From: Balanoglossus misakiensis
Lineage: Eukaryota; Animalia; Hemichordata
Assembly: GCA_040954595.2 (NCBI GenBank)
Contig: CM082582.2
Span: forward strand, 5,564,303 to 5,628,302
Reading direction: 5' to 3'
DNA length: 64,000 nt
Below, piece by piece: positions 1 through 13,906 of the stretch (position 1 is the first letter of the stretch; each line of letters starts with the position of its first letter). Under the pieces are notes generated by a model. The model was given only the letters and a program-made list of their open reading frames with translations, was not told the DNA's origin and did not search any database. A program made the translations under genes and the position numbers.

Positions 1-1094
1 CTTTTACAATGAATTCTTGTTTTTAACTCGCACATGCAGGCATGGTGTAGACTTGGTGGTGTAACCACAGCTGTTCATATTTTCCTGTAATTGTTCCACC
101 TTTATTAGTTACACAATAAAATACAATGTTGCCATCTGTGGTGTTTGTGATTTTCTTTAAGTATGTACCCGCAGAACATAGACTGGAAAACTGCGCTCTT
201 TCGCCCTTTCCCATAGGTTTACATTGAGAATAGCTGGAAACCCCAACTTTACTCATAGCTCAGTCAAGCAAAAATAAATTCATCGGTCAAATAAAATCGT
301 GCGGTCACCGCTGTCTATTTGAGATAATTTTCGCTAAAATATTTGCCCATGGACAAACCATTGGTGGAAAATGCTGACTCAGAAGTTTTCTTCATTATCG
401 ACGAAATTCGGGCTTTGTATTTCAAACTGACAAGACCCCTATATTTTATAACAGTACGGATGTTCATCATCATCATCAACCGCCCCCCCCCCCCTCCCCC
501 GCTTTGATTTGTTCAGGCCCTAGCAGTTACACTTTACTGTGAGCATGGTGAGTCTGATCGCAGTTTCGTGGGTCGCGAGCAGGTCGCGTGTCCCGGACCT
601 GACCCGGGCTTCCTTGATCTGCTCTATATCACATGCAATGGTAAAACAGGATATGATCTGCACATGCGTCGTGCGAATGTAACCTTTCGGCGACGGAAGT
701 TGCGATCACGTGTGTGTGTGTGATTCTCCGGCAAGACTCAGTCAGGAAAGGCGCTGGCACTCTTTTTCCATCAAATCTTGGCGTGAGGTCGATAATCACA
801 GCCTAGTCATTTCTACTGTCGTCACCTTGTAGCAAATCACTGTAGATTTCTTCGCAAATGGTTGAACTCCCGACCGACCGGCGATCGACCCGTGTCCGCG
901 CATCACAGCCATGTGCGTGTGTAAAGACCGGCTCTTCTCAATAGCCATGCGTTGTTCGTTCACAACTGGCCGGGTTGTGTAAGAGGTCTGGCGTGACTTG
1001 GCAGTTTATTGTCCGCCCTAACAAAGCGGTATTTAGTTCCCATGCCAGCGCGTTATGCTAATGAGCTGAATATTAAAATCCGGCGTTGACCGTC

Positions 1095-1205
1095 ATAGTT
1101 GCACTACACACGCCTTCGCCTTCAGTAAGTCAACCGGTACCATCTTCCAACTCGTCAGCTTGCTGCTTTCTCAATCTGGTCTCCCAGTGTAACTAGCCGG
1201 TTACG
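1095..1205 (+). promoter_or_regulatory. Putative non-coding first exon in a CpG-rich promoter region, possibly of the SDR gene
   Basis: CpG-rich stretch at about 540-1200 and a consensus donor CG|GTAAGT at 1206. No other + strand coding exon lies before 13907. The start coordinate is approximate. Confidence 0.35.
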
Positions 1206-4200
1206 GTAAGTCGCTTTTCTCCCTTACGTCATCATTCGAGGCACACTTACCGTTTATCCAAACATGCACATGTTTAGTTATAATATAACGGTATCACATG
1301 TCAGATGAACTTGATTTTTATTTTCCTGGTGTGAACTGTTTTGTTTTGTTTTTATCATACCAGATATTTATATATTTATAAAGTAATCACAATGATATAG
1401 CTTTCTGTCAGTCAGGGCGTGCCGGCCGGCGTTTCCAAGGATAAGAGACAATGATCGATACAATGTAGCCATCAATTTGTAACATTTCTGAAATATACCA
1501 AGCGGTCATCATTGCACTGTAATTTAAAAAGGGCGAGATATTTAATTAATCGAAAATTGGTATGCGACGGTTTTAGCTGCATGGATGATCACAATGCCAT
1601 TTGAAAATTTTAAAAGGTACCGGTTCGCGAAGTCGCCGATAGTAAGTGGTGTACTGTGACACGCACATGGTGAATCTTTCCGGGTGACAGACTCGAGGCG
1701 CTACTCGCTGCGGATCGGTCGTTGACCCAGCCCACCTTGTTGAGAACCACTGACGTTCTTCCCGTCATGATCACCTGGTAATTTTTTGCAGACGGCCACA
1801 GAAAACCTTTTTTTGCTGAAATTGGCCATCAATAACCACGGAATTTCAGTCGTCCGACTGACTGTGCGCGGTTGCCATGCCAAGATCGCCTGACAGCGTG
1901 GGGGAATAATTCGCCCCGGTGAATGAACACGTGAAAGTTATATAATCACTCATGATTTGGCCGGCGTAAGCTTTCATAATGGCTTCCGCAAGGATTGATT
2001 GCGCGCGAGACGAGGAGGGGTGGTTACATAGTATCTAAATGCAAAAAGTTAGGGCCCATGTGCATGTCCAATGTTTGTCTTGTCTCCCCCACCCTTTTCC
2101 TTATAGCAGAAGTTTCTACTGTCTACGGTAAATTGATGAAAAAACAACAACTCAGAATCTGATAGCGAATACTTGCATGTACATATGTTTTCATGTCAGT
2201 GTTAGTAGTTACACACCCTGTATTCATAGATTGGTTTCAGTGTAATATTTAAGTTATGTAAAAGCATGTTTTTATGTAAAGTAAGAAAGAACGTGAATTC
2301 AAATGTTGCAAACAGCAAGACAAGATGTCGGAACAGGACAACCCATACTATATTGCATTTCAAGTACATGTAGGTCAGTATTATTGTCATCAGTTTCATT
2401 TAGTATTCAATAAAAACCACTGATCTCAAATTACGTTTTTTTATCAGTCAAACGTAACCATAATGTAATGAAGCTATTTTAATTTTTTTTACTGTTTTAA
2501 GCAAAAAATTATTAAAGAATATTCCAGCTGATTTTCCTCATTTCAAATGAAAGTGTGTGTTTCGATTCGGTCACATCACTATAGTAAACTGGGAGGTTAT
2601 TAACCCTGGATGTGTTATATAGTCGATAGGAAATGAGATGACCTTGCCTGTTACGGTAATGCAATGGGAGATTGATGCTATTAAGTGATTGGTCTGTACA
2701 TGTGCTGGGTGTATTTCATAAAGAGATGAATTTGCATGTACCAGATGGACCAATCAGAGATTGCCGCCTTTCCCCCAGTGTCAGTGGCATGATGGTCCTC
2801 TACAATAACCACTCTTACATAATTGTTACAAAATCTTGTAACACTGGATATTACGGCTGTTTCACATCTCTGAAAATGTGTTGTAAGATGCATACATGGG
2901 AGGGATTAAGTATACACACCCACTTAAGTTGGCACTGCAGTTTACACCAGCAATCTTGGCCAAATTTCACAAGTTGAGACAAGTTGGTTTGTCATTAATG
3001 CTACTAAACATATCCTAAAAATGAGACTATATAGTCAACATGGCATCCACTGTCAACATTGAATTACGTGGAATGACAGAGAAAAAATGAGGCTCGTATT
3101 TTGTATTAATGTCATTTTACAGAATTTAAAGTTGACATTTAGGGTGTGTTAATTTTGGCTTAGAAGCATCCAATGTCTACTGTTGAGTAAATTAATTAAC
3201 TTCATCAAGGTAAACTTCAGATAATCAATTGGGATGGTATATACGGTAGTAAGTTTGAAGGTATTTTCACATTGTCTTTGGTGAGAAATTCAACTTTGAC
3301 AAAAAATTCTGCAGGTGAGATGCAGGACCTCCGTAAACACTCAGTGATGTTAAAAGAGACGGCAGACAATAAAAAAATGTCTATTGTCGTCGGCCTTTGT
3401 ATTTTCTTGATGCCTGGTTGGCTGAAAAAGTTTCTTTTCAACGTTAATAAAATTCCAGCCCTGAATGTTGGCATCGGTAATTGTTTTATTTCCTTACAAC
3501 TGTCAGGAATATCGAGTCTGCAATTAAATACTGCCCTTCTGATACTCAGCTCCAAATGCTAGACTCTTTCTCAAAGACCTCTCAACATTTCAACGAAGCT
3601 GGCCTTATTTCAGTAAATGCAGACTGATTTCCCCTTCTTAGAAGCATCGCTGTACAGCAGAGACTATTCTAGCATCTAGCCGTGTTTTGTCCGTAAGTTT
3701 TGAAGTGAAACAGACAAAACACGGCAGATACTAGACTAAGCAGAAACCAGTGCAGCAAACTAGGACTACGAGGGTGTCTATTTTAGTGCAGAACACATAT
3801 TGTGCAATGCAGAAATTTACAATCATAATATAATCTGAATTACACGGTGTTTAAATCCATTTTATTGCTTACTGGTGTAATAACTAACAAACTATTTCTG
3901 GTGAAATGTGGTATATTATACAGGTAACCCAGTATATCACTGCACAGAGAGATGTCTTTGTTCATTTATATGACATGGGCTGGTGGAACCTAAAACCAAT
4001 GGCTTGCATAATTTGTCATTGTCATGGAGAAAGGTCAAACACTTATTTATACTATTACTCACATCAACTGCAATCATAATTTTATCTGATGAAATCATAA
4101 ATGTGCAATTTACAAAATGACAGTGAATGTAATTGGATGTAGGCCATCTGATACCGTACATATGCGTCGGTTAATTTTATCATTGACATAAAATTAATTG

Positions 4201-6099
4201 TCGGATGTGGGTCGTAATTTTGTGACTCCATATAGCACTCAGAAAATTGTGCTCTTTCACAAAGAACACAAAGCGTAGACTCTCGTATCGAAGATATGCA
4301 GGAAATCGACTGTCTGCAGAATGAACAGTGAAAGAAATTCAATGCCAGTGTATTGTGGCATGCACAGGCAAGGAATGAGACGCAATGCATTGTGGGAGCT
4401 TGGCACTTTCTGTTTTATATCGTCACAGTGACTTGTGTATTCTGAAAGTATTCGTTTTTTCTTGAAGGACGCCTTTGTCATGCACTAGAAATAACTTGGC
4501 CGCCCTTGTGTAAAGTACACTTACCAGGTCATTGGCCTCATTTCATAACTGTAGCAATGATTCAGCAAAATAAAACCCCAACAACCTGAGATTGAAACTG
4601 CTGCTTTTGAAGAACAAAGCACTTTCAGTTTCACATGGATACCAGTGAGATTTAAAGATGCAAGTACGCTTGAGAATATTTTAAATTTTCTGCTGAGGAA
4701 GATTTGTCATTTTCGGTGATCTGTGTACATCAACAGATTTACCCAGAGGTTTGGTATTAGAATTGACCTCTGCCTCTGTTATGAAAGAATCAAGGTCACC
4801 ACAGTGCTTATGGAATCAGTAGTAATGTCTGGGTCATGTTTTTACGATTTTGTGATTTGCATTGTAGTCTATAGTAGAGGTGCAGAATGGGGGAATACAC
4901 ATAGGACAGACATCGTCCGTCAATTTTAAAATTAATTTGATTATAGACAGCTGTTCTTGATTTAGTACGTACTGGTAATATTAAGACAACAGGTCAGTGT
5001 TAAATGTTGGCATCTATGAAGTTTTTTTTTTGGTTTTATTCTGTGAGTCATACCCTGTTGAACAATTAAAACAGTTAACCTTTTCTTTCCATCTGATTTG
5101 AAATAATAAATCATAAAAACAAACATTGAGATTTGCCATTGATTGGTCAACGTCCTTAAAGATATAATCTTCAGGTATCAATATAGCAGATATACTTTAA
5201 AGTTTGACATGCACTAGCTGATAGACTCCCTGAACAGATTTACAAGGAATAGAGAGAATGTTTTTCAATGTGTTATTTCGGTTGTATGACATCATTTCTT
5301 CTAAGTCAGCCACACGTAGATGCTGGCGAAAGAGAAACTAAAATTTTTATCAGTATTTTGTCAGTTGCTTGTTTCTAGGGCAGACACCCCCTGGGCATTG
5401 CCGACTGGATGGACACTCAATAACTCCAACCCTGACTCTAACTGATGAGTGGGGAAGTGTCCAGGGGGTGTCCACCCTATAGGAATTGTTAGTATCCCTT
5501 ATTCTCAGAATGCAGGTACATGCCAGTCATGTTTCCTCTGTACGAATGAGACTTGGAAATCGTGATACAGAAAAAGCTTTGCTCTAGCAGTTCAGTAGTT
5601 GCATAGACTAATGACGTGAAAGTAATTATATCGTACAGTCATGCAACTATTCATTTCACTTTCATTCAATGAATGATGTAATGGCAGTAAGACCCTTCCA
5701 ATAATGAAATCAAAGTCTGGGTTTTTCCTCCGTCCATCTGAGATCACGCATCAAATTTCCTCCTCCACACAAATTGGTTTTTCGGACTTCAAGAAGCACG
5801 GTAAAAGACGGTAAGAGCTATACTCTTGAAGAGGTCTACCAATCAAAATCTTTGAACTTGTAATATTTTCGGTAATTTTCAAGAATTTCCCCACAGAACA
5901 GGCATATTAATACACGTGACGTTGAAATAATTAAATATTCAATTTACAATGCATTGTTACAGCTACAGTAAGTTGTAAAGTTCTCATCAAACTTTACAAT
6001 CAGCAAAAGTGTCTCTGTGTGTGCAGCTTTTTCTAACACGGACAAAAATATCTCTACACATAAAGCATACTTTGTCGAGATACTAGAGTCCTTGCGATG

Positions 6100-6480
6100 G
6101 ACCTCCGCTATATTTGATGGAGAACAGTGTCCCTTCCTCCTTTAGAGATATTAATGTTCATTGCTATATTTTTGTACAGATGTAAATTTCCTTTGCATAT
6201 TCATAGAGATATGACTGACTGCCCTTTGCTATATTTGGTAGAGAAGAGTGTTTTGGTCCCATCACTCTACTTTAGAGATATTAAAATGTTGTTCGCTGTA
6301 TTTTGTAGAAATATGTGACTTTTTCTAATTTTGGTAGAAACCTAAATGTCCTTTGCTGTATTTGGTAAACAACGGCATCTGTTTTTTTCTCTGTTTTAGA
6401 GATCTAAAATGAAAGATGTCCTTTGCTCGGTATTTTATGAGAAATACAAGTGTCCTTCACCCTAATTTGTAGAAATAACA
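6100..6480. repeat. Degenerate minisatellite
   Basis: Recurring ATGTCCTTTGCTxTATTT(G/T)GTAGA units of about 30-35 bp. Confidence 0.6.
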
Positions 6481-8578
6481 CTGGTCTTTCGTTTTGGATA
6501 CACCAAACCACAGAATATGTAACATGTAGCGTGTGGTGGACAGGGAAATATGTACATGTAGTATATTTCTGCTGGTGACATAGGCATATTTACCCCTAAA
6601 TATACATACAAGTTTAGGCATGAGAAGGTCAATAGGAATCAGGTTTGCATTGCTTTGCGTGAATCTGGGTCATGACCTACATGCACACATGTGGTTTGAG
6701 TGAATGACGTACGTTGCTTAGTTCAATCTTTCAAAGTTAAGAGATTATTGTCGTGTAACAACCCACGTGTGCCTATACACCCTGAAAGTACACTTACCCC
6801 TGACCGCTATGTATAGTTACTATAACTATGGTTGAGGTGCTAAAACAAGTTGTCCTTAATTGTGGGGGTTGGGAGAGGAAATGGTGTGGATCTGCCACTA
6901 TTGAACTTGAATGTGCAGTCGTCGAATGCACTGTATATTTCCTACTGAGGGGAAAATTGGAAGTAAATGAAGGCGATTCAAGATGTTGAAGAATCATGAA
7001 AATGGACAGAACAATTAAGTTTACAAAAAAAAACTGTCAAGGAAAAGGCTCTTGTAATGGACAAATTCTTAGGTTCTTGTTTGAAATTATACTATCTTTT
7101 TTTAATGCGGGGACCTACTTCCAGGCAAACGTACTATAGCCTTTGTCGATCCATATCCACATTTTAGTTTGAACTAATTTTAGTCTGAAAGCTGACTCCT
7201 CGTGAAAATAATGACGGAATTAGCAACTTGAGAGAGCTTTCTAACCATTCTGCCCGTGTCCTACAAAAATAACAGCAGTCTGGATACGTGTACATGTACC
7301 TACATGTGCAGTATATATAACCAGTCTACCTCTGCTTGCCGTGGGAATTCTAAAATTGGTGCGGAAAATACAATTGCAGGGTGCTTCATTGTTCTTCAAG
7401 AGAGATTTGTTCTCACTGAATACTTGCGATGTGTGAAGTGTTTCCCCAAAAATTTGAATCCCGGAGACAATTACAATGCAATACAGGTTTGTGATAATTT
7501 GATTGCATTCAAAGCTGATAATCATATGCAAATTAGCAGTACCTAAATTTGCATAATTGTCGCTGTCCTGGAATTGAGAGTGATGGCATGATTTATGCTT
7601 TCTATTATGAGATTACCTGAGGGAATTAACAATGTTGGAATTCAAGTACTGTGTATTGTAGTTGAAACTATTTTAAGAACCTGCTAAAATTAGGGAGTTT
7701 TGATATTTTTAGATCACCAAAATACGTATTTGCCTAGAGCAGTGATTGGGGGCAAACTACTACCTCCAGCAAGTCACTGCAGTTTTTTTTTTTTTTAAGA
7801 ATGTGAAGTCCCTAGTTTTTTTATTTTCTGTTTGCATTATTCTGTATATAATGTTTACAGTGATAATGATATCCATTGTCTTTTTACAAAAACACTCATT
7901 GTTTTGCATTGTTTATTTTTTTCTTTCATTGCCTTTGTATGATTACCACTAAAGAAATGCTGCTTAACACATTGGGTGTGAGCTAGATTAAAATAAAAAC
8001 GAGCTAATTTCTGGCTACGTTTTTTTACATCAGCTCACTATCTGTTTTCACTGAACTAATTATAAGAGAAGTTATCTGCATCAGCGTCAGAATTGTTTGA
8101 GATAACTCTTGGTAGCCCAGAGAATCGAAACTGAAAGTGTCTCAATTCAAATCTGATCCCACATAACCTGCACACACACTTGACCAATTCACACGTGCAA
8201 AATTTTGCAGTCTCGCTTCTTTTATCAGTCTGGGAACCCATTTCCTTCAACGAAAAAGCGTCGACTTCCACCGATGTCGCTGAGCCGAATCGGCGCACAG
8301 GAAATAGAGAGTTTAATTTAGGAAGTCTGAATTGAAGGGAAATAAACTCTATTCATAGTTTACGCCGGATGATCTGCAGCCATCACCTGTCAATCATTGC
8401 CCTGGTACCATTTCATTCCGGCCATAGGGGTGGGGGCTACTCAAGCTGGTGTGAGATACTGTTGGGCATGTGAATTGGGAGAAAGGTGCGAAGCATGATG
8501 TGTTCGTGAATATTCAGATTCAAATGAGGCTTCAGCCAATCAGGTCTCTGACAAAAGTGATTGGTTTTTCAATTTCAG

Positions 8579-8672
8579 GTATTTGGTAAAAGTTTTTAGT
8601 CCCGAGTGGCAGAGCATCCAGTCAGTCAACTTCTACTCTTCACAGCTAGAGACAGCTATCAATCCCCACAAG
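8579..8672 (+). other. Putative 5'UTR exon (or alternative first exon) of the SDR gene
   Basis: Acceptor TTTCAG ending at 8578 and a perfect donor AAG|GTAAGT at 8673, with CCAAT/ATTGG boxes at about 8536 and 8560. Confidence 0.35.
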
Positions 8673-8926
8673 GTAAGTTGATGTTTTTTCTTTCTCATGT
8701 GGGTACATGTATATCTCTACATCTTTCAGTGCCATCCCTCATGCGAGATCCAGACCTGAACATCTTGGCATGGACATTTCTGTGTGAAAGGGGAAAAAAG
8801 GGATGCCGGTATGCTAGACTCCATGTACAATCTACTTGTATCTCTCATCTGCAGCACACAACAAGTTTTGTCCTCCTCGGATGTTGAGTGGAAGTTTAAA
8901 CCTTTTGTCAAAGTTTACAACTTTAA

Positions 8927-9271
8927 AGGGACAAAGTCTCTCTCTCTCACTATCCTTTTTCTATCAATCATGTTTGGTACAAGACTTCCTTTATGTTAAT
9001 GTACATGTGGATATATAGTGTATGTTCAACCACACACATCTTCCATCCCACTTGTAGACATGAGAGTGAAAAACTCTCCAAAACGAATAGTCAGTGTTTA
9101 CCGTTTATTCATTTCGGTAACATTTTTACTCTCATATCCTACAAGCGGGATGGAAGTTGTGTGTTGTTGAACGTTGATTCACTATATCTCCACATGTAGA
9201 ATAACATAAACGGTGTCTTGTATCAAACATAATTAATGGAAAAAGGGCAGCGAGAGAGAGACTTTGTCCCT
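8927..9271. mobile_element. MITE with TTAA TSD and AGGG termini (Kolobok-like)
   Basis: TTAA|AGGGACAAAGTCTCTCTCTC ... GAGAGAGAGACTTTGTCCCT|TTAA. Confidence 0.7.
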
Positions 9272-12200
9272 TTAAAATACGTATTTGCCACTTTTTCTTC
9301 TAAAACGTATTTTGACTGTCTTGGCATGGCTCTCATACGTACTTAGACAAACTTGGCAGTTTGAACCCTCTGTAAAATGTCCCAAATCTTACTAGTAAGT
9401 AGTTTACACTATTAGTCTGAGGGTCTTGTATAGGTCCTACTGAGTAGCACAGGCCTGAGTGCAAGGATTCTAGGCACCCTGGAAATCAAAACATTTTCAA
9501 CTGACTTGGCAGCATTAGGGACTTTTAATTAAATTCTTTGAGATTCTCCACAAAATATGTAAACTCCTTAGTTATGTGTTGTTATCAGCTCTGGTAGAAC
9601 ATATTGCTTTGCATTATGGATTTCCGTTGCATAATAACTTGCTGCGACAGAAAATTAATATATACTAGCCGATTACGTTAGGATACTTATTATGACAATT
9701 TATAAAAATGAAAAGCCACAAATAAAATTAATATATATGCATTGCTAGCCGATTACTTTGAGGTACTTATCATAACAATTTAAAAAATGATAAACCACAA
9801 TCTGTCTATCATCACCACTATCGGTGTTTTAGTGAGAAAAAAAGTGACATATAAGTCATTTTTGGTCTAAGCCCAGTAAATTTGCATATAGTGTATATTA
9901 CCAGAAACTCACTGGCCTGATAGGGTGAAAGGACCATATCTGGTAATGTTGGCATTTCTTTTCTTTCCTTTTGTCTTAAATTGGAACTTTTAATTAGGAA
10001 ACAAACAGGATTCAAAAGATCATTTGGATCAGACTAGTGGTGTTTTGGCAAACGGTCAAAATATCGCCACCCCTGAAAAGGGGGGATTCCGGGAGTGACC
10101 ATGTTGCATGCATACAGCACGGGTATCAATGCAGACGTTTGATGTTTTTGAGTACTGTAATGTATCTGTTCTGATGTTGTGTGGTCTGTCCATGTACACC
10201 TAATATTCAGGTACTGGTGTGTATATATGGTGTCGCAATATGTTTACTGCTGACAAAACCATCTGTCACTCGCACAATCCTCACCTATAATCGAGTTATC
10301 TTTGTATTAGTTTGCTGGGATTATTCTTGATGATTCTGTCAGTGCAATGCGTTCTGTTTGTGTCAATGTCGTAGAAGCTAGCTAGTACATAGGCACTGAA
10401 ATGAGATGCATTTTGGACAGGCTCAAAATTCAGTGAAGCTTTATCGATGCTTATGCGCATGACCCTCAACCATCTGTCATAACATGCAGGCAGCGGTCGT
10501 TCAAAACTGCATAATGATGATATCACAGCAATCATATCATCATGCAAGAACCAACGCCGCAAAACGGAGATGAACATGATCTTGTCATGTAACCGTCAGC
10601 ATGGTCAGATTCTATTCATTCTTCAAGTATGAGCTTCACCAGAGTGTTATGGGTTCCCAGAGATGCATTTTATTACGTGTAGGAAAGATATAGATGACTG
10701 ACAAAATTCCCCCTCTTGGTGTGAATGATGTAGATCATTATTTTGGCTACTACATGGTATATATAGGAACATTAACATTTAGAAAGTGGCCACTCACTGA
10801 AAATATGTAATTTGTGCATTATTTTGCCTAGGATGTCTGGTATACATGCAGACTGTATATCTACAAAAGTTCAAAGCCAGTCGTTGGACAGATTCTTCCA
10901 AACCCGTACAGGAACGATAAATGTCTTTCAACAAAATCGTTCCTTGTGTTTCGCAGATAGCTTCACTCGCACTCGTGTGTCAGAACTGGGATGTACAAAC
11001 ATTGCCTTTGTCGGTTTTTTGTCTCGGCCAGAATTCGGATGACAATAAGTTGTATTGTTATGCATGAGTTTGTCGCCAGGGTTGTCATTCTTCATTGTAA
11101 TGGGCAGTCGGGCTGTGTGCATACTTGAAGTTGCCAGTTGAAGACATGTCCATGCTTGTCTACTCTCCACAGCAGATCCTGCAGTCTTTTCTGAAGGCTT
11201 TATAGAAATACTGTAAAATATTCTTTTTTAGCTGGCGCGTTCTTTTAGCTAATTTACAACATCTGAGCTGTTGGTATAAAGAGTGAGAGTAAAAGCAAGC
11301 GTCTTTTGTTCGTAAATGTCAATGTTAACACAGCAGGCATGTGATGATTCGAAGTCATGGAATATGGAAAATTTAAAGTTATGGTTTTGGTGAGAAAAAG
11401 ATCGATCATGTATTTCCCTAATGGATACACTTTTGATCTGTCAAGTGGAAGTTAATAATGAAATGAAATGTTGTAGGCTGTTTGACATGTGGTCATGTGT
11501 ACGCACTTGGCTGTCTGTATAGTTGCTCACTGTCGTAAAAGCCCAGGAGTAAGAAATTCCCATGCTGTAATTGGCTATGCATTAATTAATTGACATGCAA
11601 ATTAGGACCCCAAGGCCATCCTCGTCGCATTCAGGTGGAATTTTCCCACTAGTGCATGTTTGCTCTGTAATCATGCATACAATTTCCTCATTGGTCACCA
11701 TCACAACAAGAAAAGTTAGCTTCTTCATTTTTTTAATAAATTTTTCAATGGGAAATGAAATTGTTACTGATAGGTGTACCTGAACCCAGCCATTGTTGCA
11801 GACCTATGCAGAAAACCTTTTTTACGGATTAAATGCATAACAAGGAAAATTTGGACTTAAGATTTGTGTCTGCAGAACTTTTAAGATTGGTTTTCTGATG
11901 AACAAGCATAAATAAGATAAACATGTTTCTGTGAGAGAAAAAAAAAACTTGTTTGATCATTGATTCAGTAAATGAGATTCTACAACATGTACCGTATGGC
12001 AACAATTATTTGCTGGCGTGAATGTATAGAATTGAACCGGATGCAAATCTCCATTTGTGCATTTGTAGATGATCATGTGCATGTAGTTATCTAAATTACC
12101 CAGTACACACACACACACAGACCCGGTACCTGTGGCTATTTTCAGCCACAATTTGGCATGCAAATCTCACGTCTGCTGTTTATGGTGGCAGGTACTTGCT

Positions 12201-13066
12201 ATGGAAATCTTTTTGATAGGGGCTCTTTTCTCTAATTAAATAGAATAAATTATCGCTTGTACTGGTCACTGCGGGTCTTGCGATTTTAACTCCACCCTGT
12301 AAAAAACAGAAAGACAAAAGAGAAAGTCAGTTGATGCAGTCAGTGTGAGCAGTTTATTCTAGTGGCTGTGTTACTTGGCACATCAAACTCCCTATATATT
12401 TTCAACTACTTAAATTAAGGATAAAATTTGATGACATCTAACAGCAATTTGCTCAGTCAGTAGAATATCACTCAGTAGAATAGGATTGTAAAATTTGTTC
12501 CAAAATTTTACCATGTTTTAGTTGTAGACATTAATTGACTTGTTTTGATGGCAACATCCGTGAGTTAAACAATGTCTGGAAACAGATTTATTAAGTCACC
12601 AGTGAAAGTGCTAGCTGCTGATAAAAGGGATCTCAGTGGTCAATTCCAGACATCCTTTTGTTTTATCTGTTGTCTTTGCCTGTAGGTCCTTGCCCCAACC
12701 CAAGTTGTATGTTAAAAACTAAACATGCTAAAGTTAGGAACAAACCTTATTCTAACAAGTCAGCAACATATTGCTGTGTACCGTTGTCAAATTTTATCCT
12801 AATTCAGTGTAAGTAAATTGCTAAATTCTGCTGTGTCTACATGTACATATTATGTATCCATGCAACTGGGGAGCTGTCTGGTTATTCAAGCTAGTACATA
12901 ACAGGACAGTATAGATGTTTGCTTTTTCGCTTAACAGGGAAGACAGAATTGTCTACAACAATGGTATTTGTAATTGTACTGTGCTTATACTGTTTGTGGA
13001 TTGACTGATCTGATTCATAGCAACATTCACTGTTAGGTTTCCCTGTGTAAATATTACCATTGTTAA

Positions 13067-13370
13067 CCCTAATGCTACTGTGTGTCATACCTGTTTAGAG
13101 TGTCAAGTCTAAGTACTTGCCACTTTTTCTTCTAAAACGTACTTTGACTGTCTTGACATATGGCTCTCATACGTACTTAGACACACTTGGCAGTCTGAGC
13201 TCCCTATAAACTGTACCAAATCGCACTGGTTTGCACTGTATTGGTCTGAGGGTCTTGTATAGGCCCTACTGATTAACACACACTTGGCAGTCTAACAGGC
13301 CTGGGAGCCAGGATTCATTCTAGGCACCCTGGAAACCAAACCAGTTCATACTGACTTGGCAGCGTTAGGG
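13067..13370. mobile_element. piggyBac-like MITE (TTAA TSD, CCCT...AGGG termini); partial copy at about 9279-9520
   Basis: TTAA|CCCTAATGCT ... AGCGTTAGGG|TTAA. The internal sequence aligns with 9279-9520. Confidence 0.7.
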
Positions 13371-13906
13371 TTAAAACACAGCCTGTTAAGATAGGACTGA
13401 CATGGCCTATAAGGCAATCTTTCAACGTATCCAACTCCAGTGATTGATAAAGGATCACTTTCGGACTGTATTTAAAATGCAAAGGCTGGACTATACACTA
13501 TCATCCCTGTGTGTCATCTTCAAAGATTTACACGTCTGTTTTCTTTTCTGGGAACCTGGATAAAAAATTTGCATTTGAATTCTAATTGAATCGTGGTGTT
13601 GAAAGAGTGCAGATGTAATTGATGCATTATTCATATCAAGTTGGGAAAAAAACGTTTGTGTAAAAAATATATTCAGAATTCTAGTGCCATAACTGACACA
13701 TATTGGCTGATCTGGAGTTGTCTGATGAAGCTGTCCCTGATTGGTCAATTGCTTTATGAAGGCCTGTCGTAGTACAGGTGCACATCAGATGCATTGATGT
13801 TAAAAACCAAATGAGTATAGGTTTGTGCGATGAAATGTTTCATCAATTTCTGACGTATTCCACTTTCTTTTTTTGCCTTTCCCGTTAGGTTTTCAATTCC
13901 TCTGCA

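Noticed and set aside
3670-3735. Hairpins at about 3670-3735 and 5377-5479 as structured ncRNAs or terminators
   Set aside because: They are more simply explained as short inverted-repeat transposon relics, and they show no tRNA or snRNA features.
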